A stretch of 64,000 nt of DNA, from NCBI GenBank assembly GCA_038213375.1, contig JBBQTB010000013.1, positions 19,963 to 83,962 on the forward strand. Reading direction: 5' to 3'. The position numbers and the translations under genes were made by a program. This document shows, in pieces, positions 51,401-59,605 of the stretch. Position 1 is the stretch's first letter. Each line of letters starts with the position of its first letter. The notes beneath the pieces were generated by a model. It had not been told where the DNA came from. It saw only the letters and a list, made by a program, of their open reading frames with translations, and did no database searches. The stretch comes from Bacteroidales bacterium (lineage in GTDB: Bacteria; Bacteroidota; Bacteroidia; Bacteroidales; JAAUTT01).

Positions 51401-51688
51401 GAATTTTTTCGAAAAAATGGTGTTGAAGTTACTGCGCTTCACTGGCCGGATGAAGACAAAGAGCCGAATACTCTTGATTATATTCGTGAAAAGAAGATTG
51501 ACCTGGTAATTAACATCCCAAAAGACCTGTCGAAAACTGAATTAAATAACGACTATACCATCCGCAGAAGTGCTGTTGACTATAATATTCCATTACTCAC
51601 CAATGCCCGTTTGGCTAGTGCATTTCTTACGGCCATATGCAAACGAAGTATGGATGATATTAAGATAAAAAGTTGGGATGAATATTAA
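48470..51688 (+). CDS. carB: carbamoyl-phosphate synthase large subunit
   Basis: 1072 aa with duplicated ATP-grasp halves. The start is [26 protein letters not shown] and an MGS-like C-terminus is present. Confidence 0.95.
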   Translation: [1072 protein letters not shown]

Positions 51689-51833
51689 CACACTACGTTA
51701 ATACTTAATTATTAAATTTTTAAAAAGTATTTACGTTTAAATCGAAGCACACGAATTTCAGAAAACAGTTATACCAGGGATTAAATAACTGATTTTGAAG
51801 ATGTGTCAATTTAAATATAATAGAATCTGGAAA

Positions 51834-52637
51834 TTATAATTTATAACCAGATACAGTAATGCTGAAAATGCCTCTTTTACCGTTTTTGAAACTTGTAATT
51901 TCATCTTTTGAAAGGTAATTTTCGAGTAATTCAAAAGGGATTTCTATTTCCTTTTGTTTGTGGACAATTACATTTTTAAAGCCTTGTTTATTAATAATTT
52001 CAAGGTATTCGTTTATATCGATAGCGCCCGACACACATCCCGCGTACATTTCAGCATCCTTGCGTAATTTATCAGGTAAATTGCCCTTTATAACAACATC
52101 AGAAACACAGAAATGCCCATTGGACTTTAAAACCCTCATAATTTGGGCAAAGGCTTTATTTTTATCCGGCACTAAATTTAAAACACAATTTGACACCACA
52201 ACATCAAAGCTTTTATCTGGCAAAGGCATTTCTTCAATGTCGCCTTTTACAAATTCTACGTTTTTAAAACCAAGTTTTCTGCTGTTTTCATTAGCTTTAG
52301 CAAGCATAGCAACGGTAAAGTCCAAACCAGTAACTTTGCCTGTTTCACCAACAATGGCATGGGCAACAAAGCAATCGTTACCTGCACCGCTGCCCAAATC
52401 AAGCACATGGTCGCCTTTATTTATTCCGGCAAACTGTGTTGGGATGCCACAACCTAATCCTAAATCGGCATCGGGGTTGTAACCTTCGAGCTTTTCATAA
52501 TTTTCGCTGAATATTGTATAATCAACCGTTGAGCAATTTATAGTTCCACAACATGACGATTCGTTTTGCTGTTTCGATTGACTGGCAATTTCACCATATT
52601 TTTCTTTCACAATCAATTTCAAATCCTCTGCTTCCAT
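51834..52637 (-). CDS. arsM: arsenite S-adenosylmethionine methyltransferase
   Basis: The start was taken at MEAEDLK. It has N-terminal Cys pairs (SSCCG) and SAM motif I (VLDLGSGAGND). It is within the ars operon. Confidence 0.8.
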   Translation of the reverse strand: MEAEDLKLIVKEKYGEIASQSKQQNESSCCGTINCSTVDYTIFSENYEKLEGYNPDADLGLGCGIPTQFAGINKGDHVLDLGSGAGNDCFVAHAIVGETGKVTGLDFTVAMLAKANENSRKLGFKNVEFVKGDIEEMPLPDKSFDVVVSNCVLNLVPDKNKAFAQIMRVLKSNGHFCVSDVVIKGNLPDKLRKDAEMYAGCVSGAIDINEYLEIINKQGFKNVIVHKQKEIEIPFELLENYLSKDEITSFKNGKRGIFSITVSGYKL

Positions 52638-52641
52638 AATA

Positions 52642-53067
52642 TTAATGTTTAATTGACAAATAAAATTCATAAAACTTCGTATTTATCTCGTCCCTGACTT
52701 TTCGAAATTCGCTCAGGATAAACTCATCGGTGCCTCTGGCACGCGAAGGATCTTCAAATCCAATGTGCAAGCGGTGGTTCACCTTTCCATAAAAAGCAGG
52801 ACAAGTTTCGTTGGCATTATCGCATACAGTTATTATATAGTCCCATTGATTCTTCAAATATTGGTCAACCATTTCTGGAGTATGGTGGCTGATGTCAATA
52901 CCAATATCCTTCATTACTTTAACAGCTATTGGATTTACCTGTTTTGCAGGTTCTGTTCCACCCGAATGAACTTCAATTTTTTTATCAAAAGATTGTAAAA
53001 AGCCATGTGCCATTTGGCTTCGGCAACTGTTGCCCGTACAAAGAATTAATACTTTCAGTTTATCCAT
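52642..53067 (-). CDS. arsC: arsenate reductase, LMW-PTPase type
   Basis: 141 aa with the P-loop LCTGNSCRSQMA. Confidence 0.85.
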   Translation of the reverse strand: MDKLKVLILCTGNSCRSQMAHGFLQSFDKKIEVHSGGTEPAKQVNPIAVKVMKDIGIDISHHTPEMVDQYLKNQWDYIITVCDNANETCPAFYGKVNHRLHIGFEDPSRARGTDEFILSEFRKVRDEINTKFYEFYLSIKH

Positions 53068-53076
53068 AGCAAAATC

Positions 53077-53415
53077 CTATTTACAGTTTACTTCACAATT
53101 AATGTCCATCGTTTTCATATCTTTAAAAAAGTCATCAAACATTTCTTTGTATTTTAAAATTGTAGAATGACATAGACAATAATTAATTTTAAGCCCATCG
53201 ATCTCTCCGTGAATTAACCCAAACTCTTTAAGTTCTTTTAAATGTTGAGAAACAGTGCTGCGACTCAATGGCAAATAATCGGAAATATCGCCTGAAATAC
53301 AAGTTTTTGTTTCGGCCAGGTATTCCAAAATTGATAGCCTTGCAGGATGAGAAAGAACTTTCGTAAATTTTGCCAGTTCTTGTAGTTCTTTCGTAAATGA
53401 TTCAGTTTTTATCAT
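53077..53415 (-). CDS. arsR: ArsR/SmtB family transcriptional repressor
   Basis: 112 aa with the wHTH segments LSHPARLSILEYL and ISDYLPLSRSTVSQHLKELK. Confidence 0.85.
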   Translation of the reverse strand: MIKTESFTKELQELAKFTKVLSHPARLSILEYLAETKTCISGDISDYLPLSRSTVSQHLKELKEFGLIHGEIDGLKINYCLCHSTILKYKEMFDDFFKDMKTMDINCEVNCK

Positions 53416-53430
53416 AATTTTATGATTAAG

Positions 53431-53446
53431 GTCGTAAAATTACGAC
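53431..53446. promoter_or_regulatory. perfect 16-nt palindrome upstream of arsR (candidate ArsR operator)
   Basis: GTCGTAA-AA-TTACGAC lies 16-31 nt upstream of the arsR start codon. Confidence 0.4.
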
Positions 53447-53690
53447 ATATATTTATAAAATACTATTAATAATGCCAAAATTTATTGGTTACTAATTTTG
53501 GTTCTGCGAATGCCATTGCTTTATAAAGAACTATCTAATCACCATATAAGCAAGCTTTACGCCAAAAGCAGCACCAAAATCTGTGACTACACGAACCAAA
53601 AAGGCATCTACTTTTTGAGGCCATTGCCAAAGAGTTAGATTAATGATTTTGTGAAGTAAACTCTGTTTTGGCATTTCCATTTATTTTCTA

Positions 53691-53707
53691 TGCGTAATTT
53701 TTACGCA
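53691..53707. promoter_or_regulatory. candidate NrtR operator 1
   Basis: Perfect palindrome TGCGTAA-TTT-TTACGCA, 61 nt upstream of the nrtR ATG. Confidence 0.5.
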
Positions 53708-53741
53708 ATAAAATTTGCAAATGAAATATTCATTATTATCT

Positions 53742-53760
53742 TTGCGTAACAATTACGCAA
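53742..53760. promoter_or_regulatory. candidate NrtR operator 2, overlapping a TAnnTTTG -7 box
   Basis: Perfect palindrome TTGCGTAA-CAA-TTACGCAA, 8 nt upstream of the nrtR ATG. The box TATCTTTG at 53737-53744 overlaps its left arm. Confidence 0.5.
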
Positions 53761-53767
53761 AGATATT

Positions 53768-54466
53768 ATGGAAACCAATAATTACTGTTACGAATATCCC
53801 CGACCATCCTTTACAACCGATTGTGTCATCTTCGGTTTCGATGCAGGTGAACTAAAACTTCTTCTTATTGAAAGAGGAATAGAACCTTTCAAAGGAAAAT
53901 GGGCCTTTCCGGGAGGTTTTTTGAATATGGATGAAAATTCCGATGAATGTGCTCGTAGGGAACTATTCGAGGAAACTGGAATAGAGAATGTCTTTATTGA
54001 GCAACTCTATACCTTTAGTGATGTAAACCGAGATCCAAGGGGAAGAGTTATCACTGTGGCATATTATGCACTCGTCAAGTTGTCCGATTTTAAAATTCAA
54101 GCTGGCGACGATGCCCAAAGTGCAAAATGGTTTCCAATCTCACAAATCCCTTCGCTAGCTTTTGACCACAACCTCATCTTGCGAATAGCATTAAACAGGG
54201 TTCGCGCCAAAATTCGCTATCAACCCATTGGTTTTGAATTACTCTCTGAGAAATTTACGTTGCCTGAACTTCAGAATCTCTACGAAACAATACTTGAAAA
54301 GCAACTCGACCGGAGAAATTTCAGAAAAAAAATTCTTGAAACCCAACTACTTATCGACCATCAGGAATCAGTAAAGGGAGTTCCTCACAAAGGTGCCAAA
54401 TATTTCAGTTTCGACAAGAATAAATATAAAGCATTATCGGAAAGAGGTTTCAATTTCGAAATATAA
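53768..54466 (+). CDS. nrtR: NrtR-type Nudix-related transcriptional regulator of NAD metabolism
   Basis: 232 aa. The N-terminal Nudix box is GGFLNMDENSDECARRELFEETGI. The C-terminal winged-helix segment is LPELQNLYETILEKQLDRRNFRKKIL. It heads a pncB-pncA-nadE operon. Confidence 0.8.
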   Translation: METNNYCYEYPRPSFTTDCVIFGFDAGELKLLLIERGIEPFKGKWAFPGGFLNMDENSDECARRELFEETGIENVFIEQLYTFSDVNRDPRGRVITVAYYALVKLSDFKIQAGDDAQSAKWFPISQIPSLAFDHNLILRIALNRVRAKIRYQPIGFELLSEKFTLPELQNLYETILEKQLDRRNFRKKILETQLLIDHQESVKGVPHKGAKYFSFDKNKYKALSERGFNFEI

Positions 54467-54496
54467 AGCAATGATTTAACTTTAAAAATAGAAAAA

Positions 54497-55651
54497 ATGA
54501 TTATTCGCGATTTTACCGACAACGATCTTTACAAGTTCACTACCATGAACGCTATTCAGAAAAAATTTCCTACGGCAGAAGTACTTTACAAGTTCATCAA
54601 CCGCGGAAAAACTGAGTTCCCTGTTGGTTTTGCAGAGGCCTTGCGTAACGAAGTAAATGCCATGCAAAATCTATGTCTTAGCAACGAAGCCGAAAAGTTT
54701 ATTCGAGATAGATGTTACTATTTCGAACCCGTATTTATTGATCTCTTAAAGGGTTACCGGTATAATCCGGAAGAAGTTCGAATTACCCAAACCGGCGGAA
54801 CACTTGAGGTAGATATTGTGGGGTTATGGTATCGCACCGTTCTTTGGGAAGTTCCACTCATGGCAATCATTTCTGAGCTTTATTTTACAATGACCAATCA
54901 AAAAGCCGACGATTACGAACCAAGGGCTATTGCAAAAGCAAAAGGATTTGCTGCTATTGGCGCAGAACTTTCAGAATTTGGAACACGTCGCCGTTTCTCC
55001 TTCGAAGTACAAAACCGTGTGGTGGAAATTTTGAAAGAACATGCTAGTAAATGTCTCAACGGAACCAGCAATGTTTATTTGGCAATGAAAAATAACCTTA
55101 CTCCTATGGGAACGCACCCTCACGAGTGGTTTATGTATCATGGCGCACATTATGGTTACCGCATGGCCAATGCCATTGGTCTTGAAAACTGGGTAGACGT
55201 TTATCAGGGAAGTCTGGGGATTGCATTAACCGACACATTTACAACTGACAATTTCTTTCACAGTTTCAATTCGAAATATGCAAAACTTTTCGACGGTGTG
55301 CGCTGGGATAGTGGTGACCCGCTTGAGTTTACCGACAAAACATTAAAACATTATGCAGCATGTAGGATAGACCCAAAAAGTAAAACCATTGTATACAGTG
55401 ACGCCCTGGATCTTGAAAAAGTGAAAGAAATAAAAAAATTTGTTAAAGGAAGAATTCACGATGTATATGGAATTGGAACATACCTCAGCAACGATGTGGG
55501 CGTTAAACCAATGAACATGGTTATCAAGCTTTTCGCAGCTAAGCCTTATGGCTACGATAATTTTTTCCAAACCGTGAAGCTCTCGGATGTAGACGGAAAG
55601 CATACAGGTGGACAGGATGAAATAGATATTTGTTTAAAAACGATAAGATAA
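54497..55651 (+). CDS. pncB: nicotinate phosphoribosyltransferase
   Basis: 384 aa with the N-terminal TDNDLYKFTTMNA and a typical PncB layout. Confidence 0.85.
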   Translation: MIIRDFTDNDLYKFTTMNAIQKKFPTAEVLYKFINRGKTEFPVGFAEALRNEVNAMQNLCLSNEAEKFIRDRCYYFEPVFIDLLKGYRYNPEEVRITQTGGTLEVDIVGLWYRTVLWEVPLMAIISELYFTMTNQKADDYEPRAIAKAKGFAAIGAELSEFGTRRRFSFEVQNRVVEILKEHASKCLNGTSNVYLAMKNNLTPMGTHPHEWFMYHGAHYGYRMANAIGLENWVDVYQGSLGIALTDTFTTDNFFHSFNSKYAKLFDGVRWDSGDPLEFTDKTLKHYAACRIDPKSKTIVYSDALDLEKVKEIKKFVKGRIHDVYGIGTYLSNDVGVKPMNMVIKLFAAKPYGYDNFFQTVKLSDVDGKHTGGQDEIDICLKTIR

Positions 55652-55677
55652 ACATTAATTCTTAATACCTCAACCAA

Positions 55678-56466
55678 ATGAACAATCAAAATGCAATTTT
55701 AATCATTGACGGTCAGTTCGATTTTTGTAATCCACAAGGTGCACTATTTGTAGCTGGTGCAGATGCAGATATGAAACGGTTATCTAATTGGATTAAATCC
55801 AATAAAAGCCAGATCGACCATATCTCAGTTACAATGGATAGCCATCCGGTGAATGATATTTCTCATCCCTCGTTCTGGCAAGATAAAAATGGAAAATTTC
55901 CAAATCCGTTTACTGCCATTTCTTCCCAAGAGATAAAAGATGGAAAATGGAGTCCACGGTTTTTCCCAAAGGAAGCTATCAATTATGTTGAAGCTTTAGA
56001 AAAACAAGGCGAATTTGGACATTTTATCTGGCCTTACCATTGTTTAATAGGTTCCAGAGGGGCTGCTTTGGACGATAACATCATGGAAGCCCTAATTGAA
56101 TGGACAAAGGATGGTAAGTTCTATCAGGTTGTGGCTAAAGGCACTTATCCACTTACCGAGCATTTCGGGATATTCAGGGCAAATGTCCCTGCGGCAAACA
56201 GACCTGAAACACAGCTTAATCAAGCATTGATCGATACCTTGGAAAAGTACCAGAATGTTTATCTGGTGGGCGAAGCAAAATCGCATTGTGTGGCCAATAG
56301 TCTAAAACAGGCTATGGAAGAAGCGCCTAACCTCGCTGGTAAGTTTGTAATTCTTGAAGATTGTATGTCAGATGTTACAGGTCTTAGCCATTTAGGAACA
56401 CCAATATATGCCCAAGCAAAAACGATGGGGATTAGATTCGCTAAATCTGTAGATATCACTCTTTAA
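55678..56466 (+). CDS. pncA: nicotinamidase (isochorismatase/cysteine hydrolase family)
   Basis: 262 aa with catalytic elements IDGQFDF (Asp) and GEAKSHCV (Cys). The NAD salvage context supports the call. Confidence 0.7.
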   Translation: MNNQNAILIIDGQFDFCNPQGALFVAGADADMKRLSNWIKSNKSQIDHISVTMDSHPVNDISHPSFWQDKNGKFPNPFTAISSQEIKDGKWSPRFFPKEAINYVEALEKQGEFGHFIWPYHCLIGSRGAALDDNIMEALIEWTKDGKFYQVVAKGTYPLTEHFGIFRANVPAANRPETQLNQALIDTLEKYQNVYLVGEAKSHCVANSLKQAMEEAPNLAGKFVILEDCMSDVTGLSHLGTPIYAQAKTMGIRFAKSVDITL

Positions 56467-56502
56467 GATTATTGAATTACAAATTATTAACCTAATAAAA
56501 TA

Positions 56503-57192
56503 ATGATTATGGACAATTTTAATCTTCCCGATTTTAATATAGATTTTGGAAACTTCGATCCACAGGAAATATCTTCTGACGAAACCATAAATGCTGTTTT
56601 GATTGTTGACGTATCACCTTCTGTTGATAGTTATGTTAATGATCTTAACAAAGCATTTAAAGAGTTTCTTGAAGAAATGCAAAGAAGCCATGTGGCAGAA
56701 AAACTAATGGTTTCCATTATTGAATTCAACGATACCATAAACGTGCGTACGGGGTTTCAACCTGTTAATTCCATTGATTTAGACAAGATATCATTCCAAC
56801 CATGTGGCAGCGGTACTGCATTGTACGATGCTGTTTTATCGGGGATTACCAATGCTGTTAATTACAGAACAAACCTTGAAAATTCGGGTGTAAACTGCCA
56901 GACCCTTATTTTTATAATTACCGATGGAGAAGACAACTCATCGCAAAATAGCGCAGGCAAAGTTAAAAGTGTATTATATAATATTGTGAAAGAGGAGAAA
57001 AACTCATTTAACTTTGAAACCATACTTTTTGGTGTTGGCAATGATGCTAATTTTGAAAATGCCCAAAAAGAAATGGGTATTAAACATTTAGCAAAAATTG
57101 GCAATTCCTCAAAAGAAATACGAAAAATGATAGGGTTTATTTCAGCATCTATTTCAAAAAGCTCCGGAGGTAATACTCAAGTAGTGTTTTAA
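56503..57192 (+). CDS. TerY-like von Willebrand factor A domain protein
   Basis: 229 aa. The MIDAS motif is DVSPS (D at 56608-56610), plus GTALYDAV and FIITDGEDN. Confidence 0.8.
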   Translation: MIMDNFNLPDFNIDFGNFDPQEISSDETINAVLIVDVSPSVDSYVNDLNKAFKEFLEEMQRSHVAEKLMVSIIEFNDTINVRTGFQPVNSIDLDKISFQPCGSGTALYDAVLSGITNAVNYRTNLENSGVNCQTLIFIITDGEDNSSQNSAGKVKSVLYNIVKEEKNSFNFETILFGVGNDANFENAQKEMGIKHLAKIGNSSKEIRKMIGFISASISKSSGGNTQVVF

Positions 57193-57208
57193 TTAATTTA
57201 TTTTATAT

Positions 57209-57931
57209 ATGATACATATTTCAACAGTTTCGAGACGAGGTTCGTCGCATCCCGATTGGAACGAGGACAACTTTTATTTCAAACTAACCGACAATTCAAT
57301 TATTGGAGGTGTATTTGATGGGTGCAGCTCCGCAAAGGATTCCTACTTTGCCTCGAAACTGTTTGCTAATATGTATAAAAAAACGATTTTTGATTTAAAT
57401 GAAGCAGACATAAACATAAAGAATTTTTCCTCTATTATAAATGTCTTTTTCAAAAATCTGAATGGAATAATAAAAACCATTGGCCTTGCCACTGACGAGA
57501 CGTTATCAACTGCTGTTCTTTTTGTTTATGAATTAAACAGCAATAACTTATTAGTTAAGTTTTTTGGTGATGGGGTAGCCTATGCAAACAATCAATACCT
57601 CGAAATTTTTAATAACGATGAAGAAAACAAACCTGATTATCTTGGATATTCTCTTGATGAAATCCTGACAGGCAAAAATTTCAGAACCTATTGGGATATG
57701 AAAAAATCGTTTGCCGCTAATACAAAAGACTTCAGCGTTTCGTCCGATGGGATATTTTCGTTTAAGAAAACAAACGAAAATGAACCCGACTTTTTATGTG
57801 AAAGCTATTTGGTACAAGATAATTTTTTATATAAAAACCCGGCATCCCTTAAAAGAAAGCTGAATATTTTAAGGAACAAAGGATATGAACATTACGATGA
57901 CGTCACAATAATTAGAGTCAAAACAGAGTAA
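57209..57931 (+). CDS. PP2C-family Ser/Thr protein phosphatase
   Basis: 240 aa with GGVFDGCSS, FFGDGVAY and the C-terminal YDDVTIIRV typical of PP2C metal-binding motifs. Confidence 0.7.
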   Translation: MIHISTVSRRGSSHPDWNEDNFYFKLTDNSIIGGVFDGCSSAKDSYFASKLFANMYKKTIFDLNEADINIKNFSSIINVFFKNLNGIIKTIGLATDETLSTAVLFVYELNSNNLLVKFFGDGVAYANNQYLEIFNNDEENKPDYLGYSLDEILTGKNFRTYWDMKKSFAANTKDFSVSSDGIFSFKKTNENEPDFLCESYLVQDNFLYKNPASLKRKLNILRNKGYEHYDDVTIIRVKTE

Positions 57932-57935
57932 TATT

Positions 57936-59600
57936 ATGAATAAAATAAAACTTTACGATTCCGGAGGTTCAACCAAGTTTGAGGTTGATATTTCAAAGGA
58001 AATTGATCGTGGAGGGGAAGGTTCTATCTTTCCACACCCTAATGATAAAAACCAGGTAATTAAGATATATCACGAAGGCATTGTCCATAACCTAACACAG
58101 CAAACCTGGATTTATCTTAGTCAGCTTGATAAAAGATTTGTTAAACCGTTGGAATTATTTTATAATGATACCGAAGCAATTATTGGTTTTAGCATGAATC
58201 TGTTGGATAACTCCTATTACAGGATTTCGCAAATTTTTACTAAGTCGCAATGTGCCAAATTGGGAATTAACGAAATAATAAAGAATAAAATTTCAAATGA
58301 ACTCATTTCTATAATAAAAGAAGCTCATAGCAAAAACATTGTGATTGGAGATTTTAATCCTTATAATATTTTTATTAACCCTCATGGAGATATACAAATT
58401 TTAGATGTTGATAGTTTTGAAACCCCAGCCTTAAAGCATTCAGGCCGTTTGCTTGACGATATTAGGGATCATTATTATTTGGGAAAGGTAAGCCGCCAAA
58501 GCGATTATTATGCTCTGGCAGTAAATGTTTTCAGGCTTTTAACGTATGTGCATCCTTACAAAGGAGTTCATAATATATGGAAACAGCTTGAAGAAAGAGC
58601 AATAAAAAGAATATCCGTACTTAGCAACGATACCGATTTAATAATTCCTGCATTTTACGAACCCATTGGTAGTAAAGCATTAGAAATGCAATTTAAACGG
58701 ATATTTGAAGATGGCGAAAGGTTTTTAATTCAGGTGGACCAAATAATCACAATCAAGAAACCACAAACTGTTATTCAAACCAACCGCACGAATATTATGG
58801 TGAAAGTAATTTCAGATAACGTAATTGATTTCTATTTCAATGAAACATTGGGGTATATAAAAACTGATACCATTTCTGAATTGTACGATTGCACTTTCAA
58901 AGGTAATCTGAGTTTAACCGGAAAAATAAACAATACAGACTATGATTCTCTATGGGTTGGAAATAAAAATATACTTCGGGTGAATGATAATCAACTTTAT
59001 TATCATCATGACCTTATAATCAACTTCAAAATACCTGAAAATTTCCGTGTTATTCAATTAGATCATATTCTGTTTGGTGTTGACTGGGAAAATATCTACC
59101 ATATTTATCCTGATAAAATAATTAATAAAACTATTTCATGGAGCAAGATACCTTCCTGGGGACGTGGGTTTAAATTTGAATTTAGCCCAATACAACTAAC
59201 TGGAGGAATTGCCCGAACACATTTTAGATATGGAGATGCCATAAACTCGGTGAAATTACCATTGAATGCTAAAAACCTGAATTTGAAAGGAAATACTGGT
59301 GTAATTACCTATTTCGAAGATGAAAAAATTAAACATAATTGGTTTTGCATAAATGGATTAAACCTTGTGATGTGCAAAGAAACCGAAGAAATATTTAGCT
59401 TTGCTGTTAAACAAACAACAGGAACTGCATTTGTTTTTGTTCCCAAGGATGGAAAAATTGAAATATTGCGAACACCTGATTTTAGCGAAGTGGATTCAAT
59501 TGAATTTGATGTATGCACTGCGCAGTCGCAAATTTTCTTAACCCGATCCGGTTTATTGCTTTTGGAGAATAAAATATTGTATTTAATTAATAGAAATTAA
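57936..59600 (+). CDS. Ser/Thr protein kinase-like protein with ~300-aa uncharacterised C-terminal domain
   Basis: 554 aa. The Gly loop is RGGEGSIF and the Lys is in VIKIY. The catalytic loop is IGDFNPYN (D at 58350-58352) and the DFG-equivalent is LDVDSF. Confidence 0.75.
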   Translation: MNKIKLYDSGGSTKFEVDISKEIDRGGEGSIFPHPNDKNQVIKIYHEGIVHNLTQQTWIYLSQLDKRFVKPLELFYNDTEAIIGFSMNLLDNSYYRISQIFTKSQCAKLGINEIIKNKISNELISIIKEAHSKNIVIGDFNPYNIFINPHGDIQILDVDSFETPALKHSGRLLDDIRDHYYLGKVSRQSDYYALAVNVFRLLTYVHPYKGVHNIWKQLEERAIKRISVLSNDTDLIIPAFYEPIGSKALEMQFKRIFEDGERFLIQVDQIITIKKPQTVIQTNRTNIMVKVISDNVIDFYFNETLGYIKTDTISELYDCTFKGNLSLTGKINNTDYDSLWVGNKNILRVNDNQLYYHHDLIINFKIPENFRVIQLDHILFGVDWENIYHIYPDKIINKTISWSKIPSWGRGFKFEFSPIQLTGGIARTHFRYGDAINSVKLPLNAKNLNLKGNTGVITYFEDEKIKHNWFCINGLNLVMCKETEEIFSFAVKQTTGTAFVFVPKDGKIEILRTPDFSEVDSIEFDVCTAQSQIFLTRSGLLLLENKILYLINRN

Positions 59601-59605
59601 TTTCC

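Noticed and set aside
53531-53680. A 49-codon minus-strand ORF (MEMPKQSLLHKIINLTLWQWPQKVDAFLVRVVTDFGAAFGVKLAYMVIR) divergent from nrtR.
   Set aside because: It is plausible as a small membrane protein next to NrtR operator 1, but it has no recognisable family and is too short to support from sequence alone.
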